Positions 24,201-35,101 of a DNA stretch of 64,000 nt are shown piece by piece (the stretch's first letter is position 1; the number at the start of each line of letters is the position of its first letter). The stretch is taken from the NCBI GenBank assembly GCA_965287045.1, contig OZ336889.1, forward strand, positions 42,532,001 to 42,596,000, read 5' to 3'. Made by a program: the position numbers and the translations under genes. The notes under the pieces were generated by a model. That model was given only the letters and a program-made list of their open reading frames with translations, searched no databases and was not told where the DNA came from. The DNA is from Carcharhinus amblyrhynchos. Its lineage: Eukaryota.

Positions 24201-27200
24201 TCTAAGCTACAAGAGCTTGTACAATTCTCATTGGGGTAAGTTGAATTGTGTGAAACATTCTTGGTTTAAGATCTGTAATTAAGTGTTGGGTTTCCATATT
24301 GAGGGTATCACAGGCAACATATTAATTGTAAATTAGATACTATACATAAATAGGTATTGACAACACAAGCAAATTATTTTATATCGAGACCTCAAACCTA
24401 TGGTAGGGGCATAAATAAGTTCTGAAGAACAATTCCAAACATCTGATGTCTTTAAGTTTGAGTACCTCAATTCAGTTTCACCCTTCCCTTACCCCACATC
24501 ACTGATACACACATACCAATCGTGATCACTGAGTATTGATAGGATAAGGGAGGGGAAGTCATCTTATGTCACTATAGCTAGTTGTAATTCCCTAATTTCC
24601 TTCCTGAGATCAGATACCTAAACTGTTCTGCTCAGTGCCACAACAGACAGACGGACAATGCACTTGTCCAGGATTTGTTTACAGCAGGTGACAAATTTCC
24701 ATCTGTGCAGCATTAGCTCAAAAGTTGCCCAATGACACATCCTGCAAGCCCTTCTTGTCCTCACTCTGGTGACATCTTCAACACACGTAGGATCAGCTTT
24801 TGTGTGTACACTGATGACACCCAGCTGTACCTTTCTATCATTGTACTGCCTATGTGCCATGTTCAAAATCTTCCAGAGCTACACATTCCCAATTGTCTTC
24901 AACTCCTATGACAAACTCTTTAAGCTGCCATTGGCTCCATCCTCTCCACTCTTGTAGACTGAACAAGGTGTTCACAATTTGGACATTCTGGTTGGGCTCA
25001 AAATGAGTTTCTAACTTCATACCCTCTACATTATAAAGGTAGCCTATTTCCCCCACTGCAACACTGCCTATCTCTACCTACTTGCCATGGAACGCTTGTT
25101 GAGTCCTTCAGACTTGGTTACTCCAATGGTCTTTTGACAAGTTTCCCATGCTTCATAAAACATCAGCACATCCAAAACTTAGATCTTATCCAGTTAAATA
25201 CATCTCACCCGTGTCCTCTCTAACTACATTGAATCCTAGTCGCCAACACTTCAAATTTAAAATTCGCAACTTCATGTTTAAAGTCTTTCTTGGCCACACT
25301 CCTCCCCATTTCTGTAACTTCCTCCAGCCCTACAATCACCGTTCTGAATCTTCCATTCCCCTGACTCCAGAATCTTGTATATCTTCTTCTCCATCTAGTC
25401 CATCATTAGAAACTGAACAACCAACAGGTTAGGTTTCTTTCTCCCAAAGTCCCTCCCCATAACAAGGCTATGGATCAAGTGCTGGAAAATGGGATTAGAA
25501 TAAGTAGGCGTTTGATGGCCAGCACAGACATGATGGGCTGAAGGGCCTCTTTCTGAATGTAAAACTCCATGACTCTTTTAAAGACCTCTATAACCCTCAC
25601 CTCATTAGCCAAACACTTTGTTCCCTTTGTCAACATTTCCTGTCTCTGGATCAGTACCCATTTTCCTTTTAGTCTCTGAAGTGTGCAAGAACGTCTTTTG
25701 GACATTAATAAGCGCTATGTAATTGCAACTATTGTTGTGTATTCCAAGTGAAATCCCACGACAATCTTGCATTTTTATAACCCCGTAAACAGAATTAAAA
25801 ATTCCAAGTGGTTTCACAGAAACATTATCAAAACGGAATGTCACACCAAGCCATGTAAGATCTTATCAGGACAGGTGCCTGAAAGATTCAGTTAAAAAGG
25901 TGGATTATAAGGCATACTTTGATGGAGGGGTGAAAGATAGATGTTCTTATGACAGAGTTTAGAGATGGAATTCCACATTGAGGCTTATGCAACTGATGGT
26001 GAATGTCAAAAGCCAGGGTTGCACAACAGGCCAAAATTGGATGATCACAGAAGGTGGAGGGAGGGAGGGAGGGAGGGAGTTATAGCAAACCCAATCAAAT
26101 GTGGACTAAACACTCAAAACGTACAATGTGTAATCTCCCAGTCACATACATAAGTAGTCCCCATTTATTACTACACAATACACTGTGTTGAAGAATACCC
26201 AGAAAATTGTTAGATTCAGACACTTTGCTTTCCTGGCCTGAGGAGTTATATGTCAAGCTCAGCAGAAAGTGAATGTTGCTGGAGTCAGCAAATTTATAAC
26301 AGCCTTCGGTCAAAGCTCAAGGTTGCAGCACAATTGAAACCTTTCCCCTCCACCCCTCCCCTTGTGAGCAAACATCTGACAAGTTGATTATTATTCCTTT
26401 TAAAAAGAAATCTTTTTATAACATGAAACGTCACTTAGCAGTCTCTCTTACTTCCCTTTAGTACTGAGAGGGGTGGGAGACAGATACTTTCAAAGAGTGG
26501 CAATTCATATATATAAGATCAGCAAAAACATTGAAATAAATACTTTGATTTCCCAAACTTTCCAACAAACGTTTTATTTCCAATCTCAACCTCAATGTTC
26601 CATCACACTCTTAACACCCCTCCCTCACAGAGAAGGTGGAGAGCAGGAGGAGGATTTACAGAGATAGGAGTGGATTGGAGCAATGGAAAGGATTTGGGGG
26701 AGCAGGACAAGAGGGGGGACAGTGAGGTGGGAGAAAACAAGAGAGACGTAGAGTGAAAGAGAGAGAGGGTGGGGGGAGGCAGGGAGGGAAGAGTTAGAAA
26801 GAGCAGTCTGTGTGTGAACATTGATCTGTCAATACATCATCTCTTATACAGTCCCCTACAATTGAACAGCCTAATGACGTGATTCAAACCCTCACACCGA
26901 AAAGCTAAACTGTCAGGGTGCAGAATGGATCCTAATTGGAACAGGCATCAGAGTGGAAAATACTGGGGCAAAGCAAGACCCTTTCATGAAACAAGTGTCT
27001 GAGGGATGAGGCAGCATTACGTCTTCAGGAACAAGTGAAAAGATTGAAACTATTGAGGCTTACATTTACATTGGTGATCTCCAGGATTTCACCCTGAACC
27101 ACCTGTATTCTCTCGTACTCACACTGATCAACAGTCAGACTGAATCATTGTAGAAATGTTTTGTAGCTCAGTGACCCTTCTTGGATTATGTGGGTGGTCA

Positions 27201-28591
27201 GCAATGAATTGCAGTCAAGAATGGTCATGTTAGTTACAACTGTTTGAAAGAAGGATTCAGTTGGAGACACCGGTCTGTGAGAGGGGCCACTGTGATTTTT
27301 AATAAAACAATGTGCAGCAAACACATGCTCTGAACAAGTGTCAGAAAACTGAAAATCTGCTGTTCAGTTTGAAAAGAGACAACTCCTATACTGGAATTAA
27401 ATTCAGATGTCAATGGAATCAGTGCCTGATCAGAAGGACAGGTTTCCCAGGTCCAATTAGAGAGCTATGGTATATATATCCTTCTGTAACAAGGGCACTG
27501 ATGGTGAGAATTCTCCCCTCCTACCTCCTAAACTCAGCACAGATGACGCAACCTCTTCTATATCGCACTAGCAGAGCCAGGATACAGAAAATGCTTCAAA
27601 TTACTGCACCTTGATTTTACATTCCATCCAATGTAATTTACACAATGTCTACTAAGCTTACTGAGTAAAACAGCCAACAAAGATTGTTACACAAGATGAA
27701 AACTCAAGAGACTGGCCATGAAAAGGTTCTAATTATAGTAACATAGGAAGATATGCTCCATCTGCCCTTTCAGCTTGCTCTGCCATTCGATAAGATCATG
27801 GCTAATTTGATTGTGGTCTCAACTCCGCTTTCCTGTCTGTTCTCCCCCGTCCCCCTGCCCCCCCCCCGCCCCAATCCTTCACCCCTGTCTTTCAACACCA
27901 ACATCTCCACATCATTTCAAGAACCTATTATTCTCAGCCTTTAATGGCTCAGCCTCCGGTGTCTTCTGGAGAAGAGAATTTCACTTACTAAATATCCATT
28001 TAGAGAAGAAAATTCTCCTAATTTCCATCTTAAAAGATAAGTCTTTTATTGTCTAAACTGTGTCCCCTAGTTTTGGTCTCCCTCACAAAAAGAAGTATCT
28101 TATCAGTGTCCACTTTATCAAATCTGCTTAGAATCTTATTTGTTTCAGTCAGATCACTTTTTATTGTTCTAAACTCCAATGGGTAAAGGCCCAACCTGTT
28201 CCAACCTTTCTTCATCCCAGGAGTGAGTCAAGCGAATATTTTTTGAGCCTCTTCTAATGCAATAATATCCCTCCTCAAATAAGGAGACCAAAACTGTACA
28301 CAAGACTCAGGCAGTGGTCTCGCCAAGGCCCTGTACAGCTGCAGTCAAACTTCCCTACTTTTATATTCCATTCTTCTTGCAGTATACAGCAACAATCCAT
28401 TTGCCTTCCTAATCACTTGCTGCACCTTTGATGATTCATGTACCAGGAAACCCAGATTGCTGTGTACCACTGAGTTCCGCAACCTCTCCATTTCAAAAAG
28501 TATACTGTTTTGTATTCTTCCTATCATACTTACTTAATGCGAGGAGGAGAATCTGCATGCAGGATATCAACAGCAACTTTCTGGGCTGCAT
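3099..28591 (-). CDS. tcn2: Transcobalamin-2-like cobalamin transport protein, multi-exon gene (7 coding exons in window; 3' exons outside window)
   Basis: Spliced exons give 1052 nt of open frame with family motifs NPSVHIALRLS, GLVALYLLAFRASC, TNYYQYSLGVLALC, DTNAMMVLALKC, GNIYSTAVALQ and FDNPMALSQLLPVLYRKTYLD. Intron phases 1,2,1,1,0,1,2 match the TCN2/TCN1/CBLIF exon layout as I recall it. Confidence 0.9.
3410..3643 (-). mobile_element. Gypsy-type 3' LTR with polypurine tract
   Basis: About 200 bp direct repeat of 10811-11013; on the minus strand it starts TG immediately after the purine tract AAAGAAAGGGAAG (3629-3643). Confidence 0.55.
3880..5700 (+). mobile_element. Decayed Ty3/Gypsy pol (RT connection, RNase H, integrase)
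   Basis: GIHPDPSKTKDI, FLSPYIPNF..LRELLRKDVPF, LEIDASQK and YPRSNGL-like integrase fragments; heavily frameshifted. Confidence 0.75.
6560..11013 (-). mobile_element. Decayed Ty3/Gypsy element (5' LTR 10811-11013, gag, protease, RT/RNase H, integrase 3' part)
   Basis: Protease remnants FDTRAQHNII and FYITETDGPAVLGLNSSKELQLI, integrase HYPR segment near 7170-7190, TGG immediately after the LTR-terminal ACA; interrupted by a SINE and unrelated sequence at about 7360-7950. Confidence 0.7.
10471..10760 (+). mobile_element. tRNA-derived V-SINE (shark HE1-related)
   Basis: A/B-box head (cagtggttagcactgctgc...ggtttgattcc), V-domain (tgtggagtctgcatgttctcccc...ctccggtttcc), AATAAA tail; near-identical layout at 42583 and 58187. 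Confidence 0.85.
11199..11367 (-). CDS. tcn2: tcn2 coding exon 6
   Basis: acttctag| ALLAVRDEARWLKGKRALIEAPKRAFDNPMALSQLLPVLYRKTYLDIGQMDCNDEH |gtaagc; 169 nt, phase 0 to 1. Confidence 0.93.
13370..14110 (-). mobile_element. Old L2-like LINE remnant
   Basis: Degenerate RT-region sequence typical of L2 in reverse orientation; related pieces at 12380-12630 and 21140-21630. Confidence 0.45.
14167..14360 (-). CDS. tcn2: tcn2 coding exon 5
   Basis: gacaatag| (D)TNAMMVLALKCVHDSK...QAENGTIGNIYSTAVALQ |gtattc; 194 nt, phase 1 to 0. Confidence 0.93.
14848..15035 (-). mobile_element. Partial V-SINE with CR1-derived tail
   Basis: Reverse complement of V-domain (gtgggaggaaaccagagtgcccggagaaaaccca) and CR1-like 3' end. 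Confidence 0.7.
15150..15805 (+). mobile_element. Deu-domain SINE (SacSINE1/AmnSINE-like) interrupted by a Penelope-derived hairpin
   Basis: Tail tgctgtttgtggg..ttgctgtgtgcaaattgg...ggctgtaaagtattttgggatg recurs at 18320, 23910 and 53970. Confidence 0.65.
15488..15695. mobile_element. 208-bp palindromic Penelope pLTR derivative
   Basis: About 80-bp inverted arms (15512-15590 / 15626-15701) matching the termini of the 32347-35101 element; flanked by TTTCCCATACTATGA / TTTCCCATGCTATAA. Confidence 0.8.
16065..16196 (-). CDS. tcn2: tcn2 coding exon 4 (not in the ORF track)
   Basis: gatcgcag| GHVPLTNYYQYSLGVLALCVNNVRIDHGILSGLTPHRHHHHHI |gtgagc; 132 nt, phase 1 to 1. Confidence 0.92.
16545..16910 (+). 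mobile_element. CR1 LINE 3' end
   Basis: RMRGDLIEMYKI...KTRGHRFKVRGERFKRDLRGNFFTQRLVHTWNEL and 3' UTR gggctgaagggcctgtttccgtgctgt. Confidence 0.85.
18040..18440 (+). mobile_element. Deu-domain SINE copy
   Basis: Same head and tail as the 15150 and 23690 copies. Confidence 0.6.
18822..18964 (-). CDS. tcn2: tcn2 coding exon 3
   Basis: ctcccttag| SSGLPPSTGLVALYLLAFRASCLSLSTVEKAVPYLKKELRAERNHLN |gtatgt; 143 nt, phase 2 to 1. Confidence 0.92.
19421..20566 (+). mobile_element. Miniature (TRIM-like, internally deleted) Gypsy LTR element
   Basis: About 170-bp direct repeats (19421-19596, 20397-20566), PBS-like CGGTGACAAGGATGGGAT at 19597, purine tract before the 3' LTR, integrase Zn-finger remnant LEQLHQGHPGKVWMK. 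Confidence 0.75.
21750..21936 (-). CDS. tcn2: tcn2 coding exon 2
   Basis: ttcattcag| LQANPEETIRSLNVHLLRSTISALPANPSVHIALRLSPEHSLQDERKYLHKLKTDLQGKLS |gtaatc; 187 nt, phase 1 to 2. Confidence 0.9.
22550..23680 (-). mobile_element. CR1 5' region relic (ORF1 esterase-like and endonuclease start)
   Basis: EVLQGEFRELGHKL...RVIILGLSPMPYGNEARNRKILQLYTWL is typical of the CR1 ORF1 SGNH-like domain. Confidence 0.7.
23690..24035 (+). mobile_element. Deu-domain SINE copy
   Basis: tRNA-like head (ggttctgtggtagcactcttgcctc...tcaag) and degenerate Deu tail. Confidence 0.55.
24780..25740 (+). mobile_element. L2-like LINE 3' remnant
   Basis: YTDDTQLYLS-like RT motif near 24805 and L2-type tail (gcgctatgtaattgcaactattgttgt). 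Confidence 0.55.
27740..28526 (-). mobile_element. 5'-truncated CR1 LINE in tcn2 intron 1
   Basis: NLGFLVHESSKVQQVIRKANGLL, LGLYPLEFRTIKSDLTE..KTRGHSL and CR1 3' UTR. Confidence 0.85.
28534..28591 (-). CDS. tcn2: tcn2 first coding exon (signal peptide MQPRKLLLISCMQILLLAL)
   Basis: ATG with A at -3, hydrophobic leader, perfect A|GTAAGT donor in phase 1 matching the next exon. An upstream acceptor (...tgaaacag| at 28612) implies a further 5' UTR exon. Confidence 0.7.
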
Positions 28592-29723
28592 ATTGTTCTT
28601 CAAGAAAACAACCTGTTTCATTAAACACAAAGAGAAATCATTTAAAGATGGATGGCTTTTCCATTGATAAACAAGGAAAGAAAAAGATCTAGGGACTATT
28701 ATTGACCATTCACTTAAAATACCTAGTCATCAGGGAACTGTCATTGACAAGGCTGATTATTCACCAGAAACCATCTCAAGGGGATTTTATTGCAGGTCAA
28801 AATAAGCTTTTCTATCTTGATGTAGTTTACTGATGAGGCAACATTTAGAATTGGATGCTTAGTTTAAGGCATCCTTGCTTCAAACCAAAATAGATTAAAC
28901 ATTGGAGAGTATTCAGAGAACAACACAAGAATAATTAGATCTCAAAGAGGATTCATAATAATTTAAATTGAAGACAGGAAGATTGTAAAATTGTTTTCAT
29001 TTATTGGAATTATGCAATCAACTGAAAAGCAATACCGTTCAATATTCTGGGTCCATTATTGAAAGCTTACCTGGATGACTAGCATAGTTACGATGTTTGT
29101 GAAGGCTAGCATAGTTACAATGCTTGCAAAAGCAGGAGGAATTGAGACAGACCTATTAGTGTGATCTAAAATTCAGAAGCAAAAGCAATCCCCAAGGGCA
29201 AAACAAATGATAAAGGAAGGCCAATAATTTCTATTAAATTCTGAACATTAATTTTAAATTAAGGTAAAAAGGTAAAGGGTAAAGATAAAGATACCATAGT
29301 CCCAAAAGAGAAAACGCTGGAAAATCTCAGCAGGACTGGTAGCATCTGTAAGGAAAATTAAGAGCTGACATTGAGTCCAGATGATCCTTTGTCAAAACCA
29401 TAGTCCCAGATGACCATAGGCTGCTTTCCGCTTTGAGAGAGAGCATTGACTGGGTGGTGATTTAAATTCAATCAAAAAATAATCTGGAACAATCTACAGG
29501 TGACCTTGAAACCATTGTTGATAGTGAATCCATTTGGTTCACTAATGTTATTTAGGGAAGGAAATCTGCCATCCTCATCTGGTTTAGCCTACTTATGACT
29601 CCAAAGCCAATGCAACGTGGTTGACTCTCAACTGCCCTCTGAGCAATGAACAATAACTGCTGGCCAGCGATGCTCATGTCCCACAAATGAATTTAAAAAA
29701 ATAGAAATGGGATGGATTTTATA

Positions 29724-30035
29724 GGGGCGACACAGTGGCACTGCTGCCTCACAGAGCCAGGGAACCAGGTTCAATTCTAGCCTTGGGTCACTGTCTGCGC
29801 AGAGTTTGCACATTCTCCCCTGGCCTGTGTGGGTTTCCTCCGGGTGCTCCGGTTTTCTTCCCAGGCTCCAAAGATGTGTAGGTTTGGTTGATTGGCCATG
29901 CAAAATTGCCCCTTAGAGTCCGCGGGACTAGCATGGTAAACACTGGGGTTACAGGCTTAGGATCTGGATGGGATTGTTGTCAGTGCAGGCTTGATGGGCT
30001 AAACTGCCTTCTTCTGCACAGTAAGGATTCTATTA
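29724..30035 (+). mobile_element. HE1-like V-SINE
   Basis: tRNA head, V-domain and CR1-derived tail (gatgggctaaactgccttcttctgcac). Confidence 0.85.
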
Positions 30036-30323
30036 TTTAACCTGAGGATCATTACACCTCAAACAAAGGGAAAGGTTGAGAAGGCAGGAAGAAGAAGCCT
30101 GCATGAAATAACCTTAACCAGTATGAGAACTGAACCCTTGCTGTTGGTGTTGCTCTGCATCACAAATGGGCCATCCAGCCAACTGAGTGAACAGACTTAT
30201 ATAATTATATACACTCAAAACACTAAAACCATAACAGTTAAATATTCAATAACCTCACATTAACTAAATCCTTTCAGTTAACAGCCAAAATTCACTTTCC
30301 CACCTTTAGTCAGCCAATCTCAC

Positions 30324-30440
30324 CATTTATCACTGATTGAACTCTGGCTTCTTGTTTAAGCAAAAATACAACAATCTGGCAATAACACGTGATCATCAGG
30401 GCTTGAGTCTGGTAACAGTGCAGTTCTTACTTCCTGCTTC
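30324..30440 (-). promoter_or_regulatory. Candidate tcn2 proximal promoter and non-coding first exon
   Basis: Non-repeat sequence with E-box CACGTG (30386-30391), ETS-like CAGGAAGT (30429-30436) and downstream donor ATG|GTGAGA at 30324; inference only. Confidence 0.3.
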
Positions 30441-31799
30441 TTTGTGGCTACTGCACGAAACACACTTGAACCAGTTTGTGAAGACCTTAAGTGTGACTAA
30501 GGAGCACAACATCAAGATCCTGAGATCCAAATCATTTTGGAAAATTGATCGCAATAAAAATTCATCGTTATTTTTTCCTCTTACAGGCATATGGAGTGGG
30601 AGGTGCTAATATGCACTTTGGGTGATGGTGCAAAATGAGTAATAGTGATTCAGACCTCACCCAATCACTGCCTTTGAGCTGCTATGATTGTGTACCCACT
30701 CTGTGCACTTCCCTTTCCACAACAGTTCTCCCCATTCCCTCAATTGTACATAGTAAGAGGACAGCATGGGCCGAACTCCTGAACAGGACCTGCATAATAC
30801 TTGCAATTTATAATCACAGGAACACTCACGTCATTTCAAGCAGAGTTAACAAAAGAAGTAGGAGCAGGAGAAGACCAGCAGAGAAGTTGAGCCATTGAAT
30901 ATATTCACAGCTGATACCGAGCTCCAACTCCACTCTATACCTACTCCCGCTATTCCTCAATTCCCCAAGACATGAAAAATTTGTCTATTTCAGACTATCA
31001 CAATCCTCTAGGGTAGAGAATTCCAACAGCTCACAACCCTTTGACTAAAAAGATCTCTCCCCATCTCAGCTATAGTCATTATGATACAGGAGGAGGCCAT
31101 TCAGCCTATGCTGGAGTATTTCAGAGACAGCTTCAGTAACTGGAGCAGTCAACAGCACACACACGTTCAGCCCTTTATCAGAAAATGGTGCCCCTTGTCC
31201 CAGTCAGGGTAAACGACACTTCAGTCCCCACTCTATCAAGCCTCTTCATAATCTTGAATATTTCACTGGGATCACCTTTCAGTCTTCTAAACACCAGAGG
31301 GTATAAACCCAAATTACTCACCTCATATCAAAAGACATACCTCTTACCAATATCTCTACAGTCAGATTATAATTTGGGGGATATGTTATTTACAAGGACA
31401 CCAGAGGCAGCATTTTATTGCCAGGTAACAATTGTGTGGAACCCTCGGCTGCCCTTTTAGTCAAAATATCCTACAGGCTAATTGATCTTGGGTCCATCTT
31501 GAGATCAACGGGAGAATTTTCTATTGTCAGCCAAGTTCCTCTCCAGATGGCCTTTCCCACTTTAAAAAAAGGAATGTAAATGTGCGACACTCGAATTAAA
31601 ATACAAGCCAAATTCCTCAGACTAAGAATTTAAACTTCAACTCTTGCTCCTGTAGTTGATGTTAAACCTCTAAATCTGGGACTGTCTCTGCGAGCTACAG
31701 CCAGGTAGGAAGGTCTTTGTCTTTAACTCTCGAGGGCTGGAGAAACTAGTTAGAGAACGGATATGAATAACGGGGTAAAGGTATAGTTTACAATTGCTA

Positions 31800-32300
31800 C
31801 ATAGCCTACGGTGGTGTGACAGATTTCTGCGCGATGATCCTGGGTCTATAAAGGTATCTAATTCACAAATGAGCCTGCAACCAGCCCACAGCGATCCGAG
31901 CCCGGACTGAAGAGGAGACAGGAAGTCGTAAAACAGCCCAGATTCCCGGTTGCCCAGAGCTGCTCGTCAATCGTCCCGCAATGAGAACTAACACAGCATC
32001 GTACACTATACCTGAAAACAAAAATGAAAAACAATACCCTACCAGCCAGCAGTCAAGGTACCATGGGCTGGATGATCTTTTTCTGTGCTGTAACACTATG
32101 AGGAAGTGTGAGAAATGGTGCCTTTCTTTCTCCGAATCGGTATCATGTGAGCACTCAGCTGATTCCAGCCGACTTCCCTCAACAAGTGGAGGATGGGATT
32201 TTGTTGTTGATTCCCTAACAGTGATCCCGCTTGCCACATTGACCTGTGAAGTTTGTGTCGATGAGTTTAAAGTACACGGAGCTAAATAGGTTTGCAACCC
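31800..32300. promoter_or_regulatory. CpG-enriched unique segment (possible promoter or first exon)
   Basis: About 12 CpGs in 31800-32010 against a CpG-poor background; TATAAA at about 31847 on plus; splice-like sites on both strands. Confidence 0.35.
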
Positions 32301-32346
32301 TGCAATATTAATTTATAACATATATCCATGTGCACATATTTTGCAA

Positions 32347-35101
32347 TGTGGAGATGCCGGCGTTGGACTGGGGTAAACACGGTAAAAAGTCTCAGAACAA
32401 CAGGCTAAAGTCCAACAGGCTTATTTGGTAGCAAAATCCACTAGCTTTAGGAGGCTGCTCCTTCGTCAGGTAAGTGGGAGTTCTGTTCACAGACAGAGCA
32501 CATAAAGACACAAACTCAATTTACAAAATAACGGTTGGAATGTGAATCTTTATGGGTAATCAAGTCTTAAAGGTATAGACAATGTGAGTGGGGGGAACAT
32601 TAGGCACAGGTTAAAGAGATGTGTATTGTCTCCGGACAGGACAGTTAGTGAGATTTTACAAGCCTAGGCAAGTTGTGGGGGTTACAGATAGTTTGACATG
32701 AACCCAAGATCCCGGTTGAGGCCTTCCTCATGTGTGCAGAACTTGGCTATCAGTCTCTGCTCAGCAACTCTGCATTGCGTGTTGTGAAGGCCACCTTGGG
32801 GATTACTTACCCGAAGATCAGAGGCCAAATGCCCGTTACCGCTGAGGTGTTCCCCAACAGGAAGAGAACACTCTTGCCTGGTGATTGTCGAGTGGTGTTC
32901 ATTCATCCGTTTCGTAGTGTCGGCATGTTCTCCCCAATGTACCATGCCTCGGGAATCCTTACCTGCAGCCTATCAGGTAGTCAACATTGGCCAAGTTGCA
33001 AGAGTATGTACCATGTACCTGGTGGATGGTGTTCTCATGTAAGATGATGGCATCCGTGTTGATGATCCGGCACGTCTTGCAAAGGTTGCTGTGGCAGGGT
33101 TGTGTGGTGTGGTCACTGTTCTCCTGAAGGCTGGGTAGTTTGCTGTGGACAGTGGTGTGTTTGAGGTTGTGCAGTTATTTGAAGGCAAGAAGTGGGGGTG
33201 TGGGGATGGCCTTGGTGAGATGTTCGTCTTCATCAATGACATGTTGAAGGCCCCAGAGAAGATGTCATAGCTTCTCCGCTCCAGGGAAGTACTGGATGAT
33301 GAAGGGTACTCTGTCCGCCATGTCCCGTGTTTGTCTTCTGAGGAGGTTGGTGCGGTTTTTCGCTGTGGCGTGTCAGATCTATCGATCGATGAGTCAAGTG
33401 CCATATCCTGTTCTTATGAGGGCATCTTTCAGCGTCTGGAGGTGTCTGTGGTGATCCCCTTCATCTGAGCAGATCCTGTGTATACGGAAGGCTTGTCCAT
33501 AGGGGATGGCTTCTTTACCGTGTTTAGGGTAGAAGCTGGAGAAGAGGAGCATCATGAGGTTATCCATGGGCTTGCAGTACAGTGAGGTGACCATCCTTAA
33601 TGGTCACCTCACGTGTGTCCAAGAATGCAACTGATTCCGGAGAGTAGTCCATAGTAAGTCTGACAGTGGGATGGAACTTGTTGATGTCATCATATAGTTG
33701 TTTCAGTGATTGTGAACAATGAATCCAAAGGAAGAAAATGTCATTGATGTATGTGGTGTATAGCATCGGTTGAAGGTCCTGTGAGGTGAAGAAGTCTTGT
33801 TCGAACATAAAGATGTTGGCATATTGAGGTGTGAATTTGGTCCCCATGGCTGTTCCGTGTGTCTGGATGAAAATCTCTCAGATGCAATTTTACAACTCAT
33901 CCACTTCATCCTGGACCACATGTCTTCATCTTCGACAACCAGTTCTTCATCCAGACACACAGAACAGCCATGGGGACCAAATTCACATCTCAATATGCCA
34001 ACATCTTCATGCACAGATTCGAACAAGACCTCTTTACCGCAGACGCTGAAAGATGCCCTCATAAGAACAGAATATGGCACTCAACTCATCGATCGACGGA
34101 TCTGACGTGCCACAGGGAAAAACCGCACCGACCTCCTCAGAAGACAAATACGGGACATGGCGAACAGAGTACCCTTCGTTGTCCAGTACTTCCCCAGAGC
34201 GGAGAAGCTACGACATCTTTTCCGAAGCCTTCAAACATCTTGGCAAGGCCATCCCCACACCCCCACTTTTTGACTTCAAACTACTGCACAACCTCAAACA
34301 GACCATTGTCTGCATCAAACTATCCAGCCTTCAGGAGAATAGTGACCACAACACCACACAACCTTTCCACAGCAACCTCTGCAAGACATGCCAGATCATC
34401 AACACGGATGCCATCATATCACGTGAGAACATCATCCACCAGGTACATGGTACATATTCTTGCAACTCTGCCAATGTTGTCTACCTGATAGGCTGTAGGA
34501 AAGGATGTCTGAGGCATGGTAAATTGGAGAGACCATACAGACGCTACGACAACGGATGAATGAACACCGCTCGACAGTCACCAGGCAAGAGTGTTCTCTT
34601 CCTGTTGAAGAACACCTCAGCAATCATGGGCATTCGGCCTCTGATCTTCAGGTAAGCATTCTCCAAGGCAGCCTTCACAACATACGACAAAGCAGAGTCA
34701 CTGAGCAGAGACTGATAGCCAAGTTCCGCACACATGAGGACGGCCTTAACTGGGATCTTGGGTTCATGTCATATTATCTGTAACCCCCACAACTGGCCAG
34801 GGCTTGCAAAATCTCACTAACTGTCCTGTCTGGAGACAATACACATCTCTTCAACCTGTTCTTAACCCTCTCTCCAATCACATTATCTGTATCTTTAATA
34901 CTTGATTACCTATAAAGATTTGCATTCCAACCATTATTTTGTAAATTGAGTTTGTGTCTTTATATATGCCCTGTTTGTGAATCGAACTCCCACTCACCTG
35001 ATGAAGGGGCAGCAAGCGCTCCGAAAGCTCGAGGATTTTGCTACCAAATAAACCTGTTGGACTTTAACCTGGTGTTGTGAGATTTCTTACTGTGGTTACA
35101 G
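32347..35101. mobile_element. Penelope-like retroelement with inverted (fold-back) arms
   Basis: RT motif AMGTKFT.QYANIFM on both strands, YINDIFF on the left arm, GIY-YIG endonuclease (VVYLIGCRKGC...RMNEHRS...EQRLIAKF..HEDGLN) on both arms, pLTRs at both ends, TATTTTGCAA duplicated at 32337-32346 and 35102-35111. Confidence 0.9.
34995..35033 (+). ncRNA. Minimal type I hammerhead ribozyme motif in Penelope pLTR
   Basis: CAC-CTGATGA-A-GGGGC-AGCAAGC-GCTCC-GAAA-GCTC-GAG: intact core boxes, stem II, palindromic AGCT stem III; one stem I mismatch. Confidence 0.65.

Noticed and set aside
26130-26330. TATA-like motif and short ATG frame as tcn2 exon 1
   Set aside because: It encodes no signal peptide; 28534-28591 fits phase, hydrophobicity and donor consensus far better.
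31863-32297. 144-aa minus ORF and overlapping 102-aa plus ORF as genes
   Set aside because: No recognisable domain; longer ORFs are expected by chance in locally GC-richer sequence.
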